The notes beneath the pieces are model-generated. The model made no database searches. It was given only the letters and a program-made list of their open reading frames with translations, and was not told the DNA's origin. From the NCBI GenBank assembly GCA_965216875.1, contig OZ244207.1, positions 5,504,001 through 5,568,000 on the forward strand: a DNA stretch of 64,000 nt, read 5' to 3'. Positions 1 through 8,414 of this stretch are shown in pieces. Position numbers and translations under genes: made by a program. The first letter of the stretch is position 1. Each line of letters opens with the position of its first letter. Source of the DNA: Rubripirellula sp. GTDB lineage: Bacteria > Planctomycetota > Planctomycetia > Pirellulales > Pirellulaceae.

Positions 1-269
1 GGAAGCATCCCACCCCACGGCATCGCTCGCACCGTTTCAAAGAGGGCATCAAAGTCCTTGGCTTCGAAACTGGCAACTTGAATCAGGACGCGGTCCGCTG
101 TTCGCAGCCACAAGTTTGCGCGGTACAGCGTGTCGAGGCCGCCGCAAAAATGAATGCGTCCCGGATCACCAACGTTCGATTCAATCCCAAGCGCCTCGAG
201 TTCACGGCGCACCACGGCCTCGAGCCCAAAGGCACAGGTCGCAATCAGGTTGTAGGTTTGGCCACTCAC
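1..269 (-). CDS. THUMP-domain class I SAM-dependent RNA methyltransferase (RlmL/YpsC-like), 5' part only; runs off the window
   Basis: Not in the ORF track. Manual translation from GTG at 269 gives MSGQTYNLIATCAFGLEAVVRRELEALG...ANLWLRTADRVLI...DFDALFE...PW, the typical N-terminus of this family. The GTG overlaps the stop codon of the upstream symporter gene (GTGA). Confidence 0.85.
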   Translation of the reverse strand, partial: MSGQTYNLIATCAFGLEAVVRRELEALGIESNVGDPGRIHFCGGLDTLYRANLWLRTADRVLIQVASFEAKDFDALFETVRAMPWGGML

Positions 270-1291
270 GCTTGTTCTTCTTTCTTGCCGATCGCAGTCT
301 CTGGTTTTGCGATCGCGTCACTATCACTTGTATTGCTTTTCCATTTCTGTGCGACAAGCGTGTCGATGACAAGTTGGCCCAGATGATAAACCAACATCGG
401 TACAACACTCACGCCGCAATCAATCGCGATCGGCAATCCCACCATTAGCGTCTTTTGACTGCCTGCGATGCCGATCGCAATCTGTTGCCCCCGTCCCACT
501 TTCAACCACTTCGCGATCACAATCGCAAGCACCAACACGATCACGTGCAACAAGATTGCTGCAAAGACCATGTAGATCCCCGCTAGCCAATTGAAGCTTT
601 CACTGGCCGCTTCAAGTTGATCCGGCGGGGCTTCACTAACACTCACCGCCGTCGCGCCCGAGACCGAGCCAAAGACGACCATCGACAAGATTCCGAGCTG
701 GCCAAACACCGAAAGCCGTGGCTTGTTGCGATCCGCCCATTCCGCCATCCGGAATTTTCGCATCGCCTGGGCAATCACCAGTGGCAACACGACCATGATC
801 CCAAGCTTTTTCATTTGGGCAACTCCCGAGACATCGGTCGAAGCCGAAAGCACCAACGACACACCGACCGGAACGACCACCAAACATGCGAGGTTGGTCA
901 CCACCGTCGTCATCATCGCGACCGAATCGTCACCACCCGCTTTGCGAGTCCAAACCGAAGCCGAAGCGAGCGTGCAGGGCACAACCGCCGCGATGAACAA
1001 TCCACCGAACAGCCGATCGGGTAACCAATAGGCCAGCGGCAAACAAACCAAAGGCACCATGAAAGTGTTGATAGCAATCGCCAAAATCGACGGCAGCGGT
1101 CGCGAAAGGCTCGATCGGATCGTGTCGGCATTGAGCGTGACGCCCATCGCCCACATCACCGAAAAAACGATCGCCGTCCTCAAGGCCCCCATCTCTTTGA
1201 GCACTTGCAATTGCTCCGCAGCCAAATAGCCGCCGGTGAAGCAGATCGCCAATGCAATCAAAAACCAATGTTTGCCGAGGAATGCCCTCAT
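266..1291 (-). CDS. Bile acid:sodium symporter (SBF/BASS-like) family membrane protein
   Basis: 341 aa with many TM segments; motifs PCTLASASVWTRKAGG and SQKTL. Confidence 0.85.
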   Translation of the reverse strand: MRAFLGKHWFLIALAICFTGGYLAAEQLQVLKEMGALRTAIVFSVMWAMGVTLNADTIRSSLSRPLPSILAIAINTFMVPLVCLPLAYWLPDRLFGGLFIAAVVPCTLASASVWTRKAGGDDSVAMMTTVVTNLACLVVVPVGVSLVLSASTDVSGVAQMKKLGIMVVLPLVIAQAMRKFRMAEWADRNKPRLSVFGQLGILSMVVFGSVSGATAVSVSEAPPDQLEAASESFNWLAGIYMVFAAILLHVIVLVLAIVIAKWLKVGRGQQIAIGIAGSQKTLMVGLPIAIDCGVSVVPMLVYHLGQLVIDTLVAQKWKSNTSDSDAIAKPETAIGKKEEQA

Positions 1292-1466
1292 TGGGGACGT
1301 TTTTCCGGGAATTGAGAGGGACAGGCCGAAGTTTCAGCTTTGACGGGGCCGCCGCCGGGATCCTAAGATCGCAGACGACCTCCAACTTGATCGTCGGATC
1401 TGCAAATGGGAGTGGGTGACGGCTTGCTAGCATAACCAATCGCGATGGTTCTGCCGCCCGCCCGAT

Positions 1467-2855
1467 TTGCCGGCTTCAACACCGCTGGAAAGGATTCCTG
1501 CTGTGCACGAACGGACTCAGCGTGCGATTGCGCGAATGACGTTCGTTTTCTGCTGCGCGCTCCCGACACTCGCGGTCGTCGTGTTCATCCTGCTGACTTG
1601 GACGCCGTGGTGGCACGCTGGCGAACTCGCATCGATCGAGCAGCACCTTTCTGATCGCGTCGACATGCGAATCAAGGTCGACGACTTCAAGCGGTCATCG
1701 CCCACGACTCTTGAGTTGTCCGATGTGAAGGTCTTTGATCCCGAATCGAAACAACTTGTCGCCAAAGTGCATCGAGTGGAATGGTCGGGACGAGGTGACG
1801 AGACATCGATCGTGCTGCAACAACCCGAACTTCAGTCGGCCGAGCTTGCCGGCGTGTGGAAATTGATACACGACCGATTCTTGTGTCGTCCGGACCAAAC
1901 CGGAGACTCGGTTCGCGTGGCGGTCAAGGACTTGACGATTCACAGCCTCATTCGCCCCTTACCCCTAACCTACGTCGATGCTTGGGTGCGTCCCAGCATC
2001 GATGGCAAAGGAATCGAAGCGACCATTCAGTGCTATGCCGCCGATCGAAACCTGACAGGCGACTCACAACCGATCGACATCAGCATCGTTCGTCAACGCG
2101 AACCCGAACCGACAACCACCTGGAAACTCAACACAACCACTCCCCTGCCCTGCTCTGCCCTTGCCGAGTTCTTTCCTGACATCGAAATGCTTGGCGATGA
2201 CGCCGAGTTTGTTGGATCGATGCAATGGACGATCACACCATCGGGATGGAGCATCGACTTGGCGGGCGGTGAGTTCCGGCATTTGGCGTTGAGCCGTTGG
2301 TTCCAACCACTCTCACACAAGCTGACCGCGTCCGACGCTGCGGTTCACTTTGATCGCTGCCACATCGCGATCGAAGAAGGTGAGACAACGATTTGCGATG
2401 TCGCCGGAACCTTGCGGGCAAGGAACGGACAAGTTGGACCATCGCTGCTAAGAGCGGCCCATGAGCATTTCGGTTTCGCGGTCGTCGACACCGATCGAGG
2501 AACCGCTTATGACCGCTTGGCATTGGGCTTCAACTTCACCGGTCCCCTCATGCGCCTTGATGGAATCTGTCGCACCGAACGCGGCTACGAAGGTTTGCAT
2601 GCTGGCGTGGTGATGGTTGCCGATGGCCACCCACTTGCCGAGTCGGGCAATCGCTGGCTGCAAGCCGTGCAGCTTCAAACGGCGCTGGCGCCGCGACACA
2701 GTGTGATGGTGCCGGTTTCGCGACAAACCACATCGCTGATGCAACTACTGATACCTCCGAGTCGCCAAGCCCCCGAGGAGGCCCAGCCGGTTCCCTACAT
2801 CAGTTCCACGCGCCGCCTCGACGGCGAACCGACCATCACTCAACCCAAGCAGTAA
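1467..2855 (+). CDS. Hypothetical protein with an N-terminal membrane anchor and a beta-rich exported region (possibly AsmA-like)
   Basis: 462 aa ORF with one hydrophobic segment near the N-terminus. The family assignment is a guess. Confidence 0.6.
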   Translation: MPASTPLERIPAVHERTQRAIARMTFVFCCALPTLAVVVFILLTWTPWWHAGELASIEQHLSDRVDMRIKVDDFKRSSPTTLELSDVKVFDPESKQLVAKVHRVEWSGRGDETSIVLQQPELQSAELAGVWKLIHDRFLCRPDQTGDSVRVAVKDLTIHSLIRPLPLTYVDAWVRPSIDGKGIEATIQCYAADRNLTGDSQPIDISIVRQREPEPTTTWKLNTTTPLPCSALAEFFPDIEMLGDDAEFVGSMQWTITPSGWSIDLAGGEFRHLALSRWFQPLSHKLTASDAAVHFDRCHIAIEEGETTICDVAGTLRARNGQVGPSLLRAAHEHFGFAVVDTDRGTAYDRLALGFNFTGPLMRLDGICRTERGYEGLHAGVVMVADGHPLAESGNRWLQAVQLQTALAPRHSVMVPVSRQTTSLMQLLIPPSRQAPEEAQPVPYISSTRRLDGEPTITQPKQ

Positions 2856-2884
2856 GTCATGCGCTTTGTTGCGATTTTTTGATA

Positions 2885-3157
2885 GTCGCCTTTCGCTCCG
2901 CGAAAGTAGCGTCCGCAAACGCAACTTTTGCGGAGCAAAAGGCAACGATCACCGGTGTCTAAGTGAGCCGCTGAGGGAGCGAGTATGAGTACCGCTGTGC
3001 TTCCTTCTTGTAGGTCATGCTCCGCATGACAATCCCTGAGTGTCATGCACAGCATGACCTACCCACCCTCGTTACCACGCTCTGCGTGGTAACGCACTCT
3101 TGGACGCTCCGCCTCCCGTCCACCGCCATCACCCCACGCTCTGGCGAGCGTAGCTAC
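2885..3157. repeat. Composite REP-like palindrome cluster between convergent genes
   Basis: Four elements: an inverted pair GTCGCCTTTCGCTCCGCGAAAG / CTTTTGCGGAGCAAAAGGCAAC (2885-2946); an inverted GTAG pair GTAGGTCATGC...GCATGACCTAC (3010-3062); the palindrome CGTTACCACGCTCTGCGTGGTAACG (3070-3094); and CCACGCTCTGGCGAGCGTAGCTAC (3134-3157). Confidence 0.85.
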
Positions 3158-3172
3158 GAGAAAAGCGAGGTT

Positions 3173-6100
3173 CTAAACCGCACCCTTCTTGGGGCCAAAC
3201 CAGAAGAAGATGCCGCCGATGATAAACAGCACTTGGGTGAGCACGAACAGGCTGAGCCACATCAGCGCGCCTTCGGTGAAGCCGTAGCTATGCAAACCGA
3301 TACCGAGTTCGTTCGTACCGAACCAGCTCCAGGCGGTGACGATGTTTCCGAAGATCGCGAGCACAGCAAAGCCTCGTGCTTTGACCATTCCATCCCATCG
3401 AGCATGCAACATCAACGCGTTCCAAATCACGATCAACAGCGCGCCGTTTTCTTTCGGGTCCCAACCCCAGAAGCGTCCCCAACTGTCATCGGCCCAGAGA
3501 CCGCCAAGAACCGTTCCCACGAAGCTGAACAAGATTCCAAAACAACACGCTCCGTAGCAAACACGATAGATATCGCGCATCGCCCCTTCGCTTTTTCTCG
3601 CCCAGCCTGCAATCAGGTAGACAATCCCAAGCGTCCCCGCGACCAAGGTGGCAACGTATCCGAGCGTGACACTGATCACGTGAGTGGCGAGCCAAAACTG
3701 AGTGTCGAGCACCGCCTGCAAAACAGGCATCGTGTCACCCGTGTTGAGTCCATAGGCGACCCACAACGTGATCGCGCCGGCAGACGCAGCCAAAACGTTC
3801 CCCATGCCGCTGCGGAAGATTCGATCGACCACCAACCCAAACAAGACAGCTGCCCATCCGATAAAGACTGCTGATGAGTAAAGGTTGATCACCGGCGCTC
3901 GCTGCGTGATCAGGATTCGGCAATAGATCGTTGCCGTATGGATCGCGAACGCAATCAACAACGTCCCCCAAACCGCCGAGCGCAGTCGTGGCAAGTCGAC
4001 GGCAAAGTAAACCAGGCCCAACACCAAGGCGATCAAGTAGATCACTTCAGCGACCATCGTTGGCGAGTTCGATTCCATCCAACGCTCAAGGCGGACCAGC
4101 CCAGCTTTGTACTGCGGAACGGGGTAGGCATTCACTTGCGAGAGGTGTTCTTCGACCGCCTGATTGAACGCGACGGAATCTTCTTTTGCATAGGCTTCAA
4201 TCATCTTCGAAAACGGATCGACACCCGCTCGAGCCTCGACCGCATCGGGTCCATCGGCAAGTGCGACCTTTGATAGATGTTTGAAATAGGCGGGAGCAAA
4301 CGCGGACCACTTGGGCATGTCGGTGGTTTCCGCAGCCAGTTCGGCATCCTCTTTCGTTGGCGGAACGATCGATGGTGCCGGCATCTTCTCGAGCGAATCC
4401 ATACGTTGTTCAAGTTCGCGGATCGCCAGCACCTGCAACATCTCCGGATCGGCGCCGGGGAAATCTTCAGGCCGAACTTCGGGAACCGTCGGCACTTGGA
4501 AGCAGGCGGCGGTGCGCGTGTAGGCTCGCGTTCTTCCATCAAGCTCGAGAAGTTTCTTTTCTTTAAACGTCAATGTCTTTGGAGCGTTGCGAGCCTTGTC
4601 CGAAGCGACCTCAACTTGCCGCGCGACGTTGCCCCAATTCGGAAGGATGTCGGCGAGCGAGTAGAGTTTGTTTTCACGTCGACCAAGCTTCAGCTCCGAA
4701 CGAATTTGCTCGGCATCGATTCGGAACATGGGCAAGTCGCGAACCTCGGTGTTGCCCGATGCAACTTCCATCAACCACTGCAGCGCCGAGAGTTTTCGGT
4801 TTTGCGATCGCTCCGCAAACGCCTCGATCGCTTTGACTTCCTCTTTGCGACCACGTTGTTGCGCATCCTCGGGGTCAATTGGAATCGATTCTTTGTTCGT
4901 CATCGACTTGACGGTCTGTCGAGCGTAGGCGTCAAGCGGCATCATGCGGCCGCCAAACTGAACGGGAATTTGGCCCGCGGTGTAGAAGTCGAACTTATCG
5001 CGCTCGGGCGACTTGAACGCCATCTGCCATGGCACCAACATGTAGCCACCCAGCAAGGCCATTAAGGCGATCATTCCCCAAACAGGTTTTTGCGACGGCA
5101 CGCCAGTCAACGCCTGAATCCCGGCTTCCTTTTTTGCTTCGCGTTCGCGACGCTCAAGGAATCGAGTCAGCGTCCCCAAGAAGTGAGCCAACATTCCCAG
5201 CGCGGCGATGCTGCAGGCAACGTACGGGATCAACCAACCCGAGTTGCGCACCACTTGAATCCCAGTCAGCTCTTTGCCGCCTGGAAGTGGTGTGTAGTTT
5301 TCCTGATAAAACGTTTCGCCACGGTAACGCAACGGGTTGTTCATCCAAACGCGTTCGCGACGATCCTCGCCTGTCTCGGTATCGACAATGCGAATGTAGG
5401 ACGAAAAGTCTTTGACCATCGTGCTGCCGGTGTACTCAACCCGGCGTACATCTTCGAGCTGCACCCAATAAGGTTTCACCACCCGGCCAAAGCGCAAGCC
5501 AACGTCGTAGTCTTGGTCGCCAACCGCTACCGTGTCGTAGATATCTTCGGCACTCGTTTCCTGCAGCAACAGTTTGCGGTCCGAGAACATCTGACTGACC
5601 AAGTAAGTACCAATCGGCTCGTCGCTCTCTTTGTCAATCAACTCGACGTAAGCCGATGCCAAGTTCATCGCACTTTCGGCACCACCCGACTTTGCCCGCT
5701 CTTTCGCACCAGTGCGAAGTCCCAGTCCCACGGTGGACGGATTGTCCGGATCGTCCTCGAAAGTCGAGTTGGTGAAATAATTGATCACCTTGACCTTCAC
5801 CGGCAACGCGGGATCATCGATCACCTCGCCACCTTTGGCTGCGACCAGCAATGACGCCGGAACCGAAGCAACCTCCTCTTGATCGGGCCCCTTGGCAACA
5901 AACGCCAACTCGACGGCATCGAAGTTGACGAACGTGTTGGTCGATTCGCCTTCGACCAGGTTCAAGCGTTGCTCGAGTTGTCGATCACCAAAAATAAACT
6001 GACCAAACATCAGTAGGGCAACGCCAATGTGCAACAACACATTGCCGCCTTGTTTGCCGAACAGAAGCTGACAGCCAACCAGGAGAACCACGCCGGCGCC

Positions 6101-6793
6101 CAAGCCTTTGGTCAACTGCCAAACGATGCGTAATCCGGGATCGCCGATACGCCCGTAGACCATCGTGTAACCCAAGAACACGAGGCACGCTACGGCAGTG
6201 ATCCCGAGCAAGATCCGTGTCGATCTACGAGACGCTTGAATTACGCCAAAGATCGAACCAGCAACGACCATCAACAACGCGACGACGATTGCGGTCCAAA
6301 ACTGGCTGTACTCAATGCCGGCGGGCAAATTGCCTTGCAAACCATCGGCACTGTGCCCCGCAAAGATGATCACGCCAGCAACCACCATTCCGAGCATCAT
6401 GAAGAGACTGCCGAAAAGGATTGCTGTACCCGAAGCGTGAATCTTGAATCGCGTCAACTTCGCAGCGACCAGGTTGACCATCAACAAAAAGCCGATGCAC
6501 GCTCCGCCTAGAAAGGGGATCCGCCCAGGGTACGGCTCTTTGTGCGGAAAGAAGGCCTGTGGGAACAGGTCGTCGATATAGAGGAACGTGAACCAAGACA
6601 GGAAGTATCGCTGCTTGACCTCCAACATGTTCATCTCGTCTTGGGCAAGGGTGCCGACCAAGACAGTCACCAATGACAATGCAAAAAGCGTCACGGTGAT
6701 CTTGAGAGAACCAAGTGCTACAAGCAGCCCCCAAATCGCACTCAGCAGATTAAAGGGTTGGGGTTCTACGCGGGTATCCGTAATAGTCGCCAT
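3173..6793 (-). CDS. ccsA: Fused system II cytochrome c synthase (ResB/CcsB + ResC/CcsA)
   Basis: C-terminal WWD motif WADDSWGRFWGWDPKE and conserved His motifs (WLATHV, GLHSY). ResB-like motifs LLHIG and MNNPLRYRGETFYQ. 1206 aa. Confidence 0.93.
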   Translation of the reverse strand: MATITDTRVEPQPFNLLSAIWGLLVALGSLKITVTLFALSLVTVLVGTLAQDEMNMLEVKQRYFLSWFTFLYIDDLFPQAFFPHKEPYPGRIPFLGGACIGFLLMVNLVAAKLTRFKIHASGTAILFGSLFMMLGMVVAGVIIFAGHSADGLQGNLPAGIEYSQFWTAIVVALLMVVAGSIFGVIQASRRSTRILLGITAVACLVFLGYTMVYGRIGDPGLRIVWQLTKGLGAGVVLLVGCQLLFGKQGGNVLLHIGVALLMFGQFIFGDRQLEQRLNLVEGESTNTFVNFDAVELAFVAKGPDQEEVASVPASLLVAAKGGEVIDDPALPVKVKVINYFTNSTFEDDPDNPSTVGLGLRTGAKERAKSGGAESAMNLASAYVELIDKESDEPIGTYLVSQMFSDRKLLLQETSAEDIYDTVAVGDQDYDVGLRFGRVVKPYWVQLEDVRRVEYTGSTMVKDFSSYIRIVDTETGEDRRERVWMNNPLRYRGETFYQENYTPLPGGKELTGIQVVRNSGWLIPYVACSIAALGMLAHFLGTLTRFLERREREAKKEAGIQALTGVPSQKPVWGMIALMALLGGYMLVPWQMAFKSPERDKFDFYTAGQIPVQFGGRMMPLDAYARQTVKSMTNKESIPIDPEDAQQRGRKEEVKAIEAFAERSQNRKLSALQWLMEVASGNTEVRDLPMFRIDAEQIRSELKLGRRENKLYSLADILPNWGNVARQVEVASDKARNAPKTLTFKEKKLLELDGRTRAYTRTAACFQVPTVPEVRPEDFPGADPEMLQVLAIRELEQRMDSLEKMPAPSIVPPTKEDAELAAETTDMPKWSAFAPAYFKHLSKVALADGPDAVEARAGVDPFSKMIEAYAKEDSVAFNQAVEEHLSQVNAYPVPQYKAGLVRLERWMESNSPTMVAEVIYLIALVLGLVYFAVDLPRLRSAVWGTLLIAFAIHTATIYCRILITQRAPVINLYSSAVFIGWAAVLFGLVVDRIFRSGMGNVLAASAGAITLWVAYGLNTGDTMPVLQAVLDTQFWLATHVISVTLGYVATLVAGTLGIVYLIAGWARKSEGAMRDIYRVCYGACCFGILFSFVGTVLGGLWADDSWGRFWGWDPKENGALLIVIWNALMLHARWDGMVKARGFAVLAIFGNIVTAWSWFGTNELGIGLHSYGFTEGALMWLSLFVLTQVLFIIGGIFFWFGPKKGAV

Positions 6794-6858
6794 GACGGTT
6801 ACTTTGGATGGTGGGAGGTCTGTTAACAGAAACAGGTCGTGCGTCGCGGTGCCCGACG

Positions 6859-7959
6859 CTAAATCTTCAACTTCAGCGATTCGAGGAACGAGGTGATCGC
6901 TCCGTCTTGATCGGTGACGGTTTGGACGGGCCCCTGCATTTTGACAAACAAGCTGATTCCGTCATTCATCGGAACAATCGTGACATCGATCGCTTGGCCC
7001 GTGTTATCGTCGCTGCCTAGCAACAGGAACCGTTGAGACTCGCGGCCATCAACATCGACCTGTTTCGCGTCGGCCAAGGCTTTGTCAACGACATCATCGG
7101 GAACTTCGCCGCCACGCACTTGGCCCAGCCATCGAGCCACGTTGCCACGCAAGTCGCCACCGGCTGGAATCACCGTCAACTCGGCGGCCGATTCTTCAGG
7201 CCCAACATTGAACGCTGCCATACGCATGCTGCTCATGCGCCCGTCGCGCCAACCATCGGGCCGGTCGAACTTCAGTGGCGGTTCTCGCTGCTCGCTTGAT
7301 GGCGGAGCCTGAGGTGGTTGACGCTGTGGTCCGCTGGGCATCCCTCTCGACATCCCGCCTGCAAACGGTGGTGTCATCGAACCTGATGCCTTGCTCGGAT
7401 CACCGGTGATGTCGACCCAAATGGATTGCCCGTCGCCAGCAGCGATATCGATCGCCGAAGCGCCCGCCCATTTCTCATTCGACTCATCCAAGCCGACTTG
7501 AGTGCGCCAACGGTTGACGTTCATTTGTACCATCTCGTCCCAGTCATCTAATCGAGACAATGTCGAAATGCTGACGTCGAGTTGTTTTGTTTTGGTTTCC
7601 ACATCAATCGATGCGACGCGCATCGGTTTGCTCGCACCGAGACGCCAACCTTCGGGCAAGTCTTTGGTGTTCGGTTTGCCGTCGCTCACTTCGAACGCTT
7701 CGACAAACTTGCGGTACTCAGATTCGATTTCCGAAACGGCCGCCTCGGGCCCCTTCACTTTGACAAACCAAACGGTCTCGCCAAGCGGAATCATCGCGGC
7801 CAACGTACGTTCCATCGGCGGCTTGAGTTGCTCGGGCATTTGCGTCGGAACGGTATAGACGCGGATCGCCTCCGGTTCGCTGCAACCTGGAACCAGCCAC
7901 ATCAAAGCTGCAAAGATCATCGCAGCTGTGAAACGTCTCTCTAGAAAAACGGAATTCAT
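6859..7959 (-). CDS. Putative lipoprotein with two internally repeated domains, directly upstream of ccsBA
   Basis: Likely start MNSVFLERR at 7959. Lipobox-like VPGC. Repeated motifs PEGWR...MR...NVNRWRTQVG and PDGWR...MR...NVARWLGQV. Confidence 0.75.
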   Translation of the reverse strand: MNSVFLERRFTAAMIFAALMWLVPGCSEPEAIRVYTVPTQMPEQLKPPMERTLAAMIPLGETVWFVKVKGPEAAVSEIESEYRKFVEAFEVSDGKPNTKDLPEGWRLGASKPMRVASIDVETKTKQLDVSISTLSRLDDWDEMVQMNVNRWRTQVGLDESNEKWAGASAIDIAAGDGQSIWVDITGDPSKASGSMTPPFAGGMSRGMPSGPQRQPPQAPPSSEQREPPLKFDRPDGWRDGRMSSMRMAAFNVGPEESAAELTVIPAGGDLRGNVARWLGQVRGGEVPDDVVDKALADAKQVDVDGRESQRFLLLGSDDNTGQAIDVTIVPMNDGISLFVKMQGPVQTVTDQDGAITSFLESLKLKI

Positions 7960-8414
7960 CCTCGCCTTTTCAAACGTAAAGGAATGCGCGGGAGTTTTGC
8001 CTGGACTCATTACGGAAACTCCCAGACCGAAGCGTTCCCAGGTGGTGGGGCTCTCTGTTTGAGCATCGCCAAACAGGAAGATTGGGATCACGCAACCGTT
8101 GGTGGCGGGCCGCACACGGCGCCCTTTCAATGCTGCATCTCCATGGCAGCGGAACGAGAACGACAGACCGCTTGCGACCTTGGTCACTCGGTTCCGACTC
8201 GACCCGCCAATTCCACAAATCGGCCCACACAAATCCTGTGGGGTAGCCGTTCATGTAGCAGCTACCAGTTCGTCTATCGCTACTATAAACGCCGAGTGCG
8301 GGTTTGACGTACCCGGGATCTTTGGCGTGACAGGATGTCACACACAGGAAAGAACCTATTTTGCCCGTTTTACTGGGAAAATAGGTTCGCTAGCACTCAA
8401 TTCAGCGGGGCGGA

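Noticed and set aside
7960..8232. N-terminal 91-aa extension of the lipoprotein ORF
   Set aside because: The signal peptide and lipobox only make sense from Met 7959; the upstream sequence looks like structured non-coding RNA.
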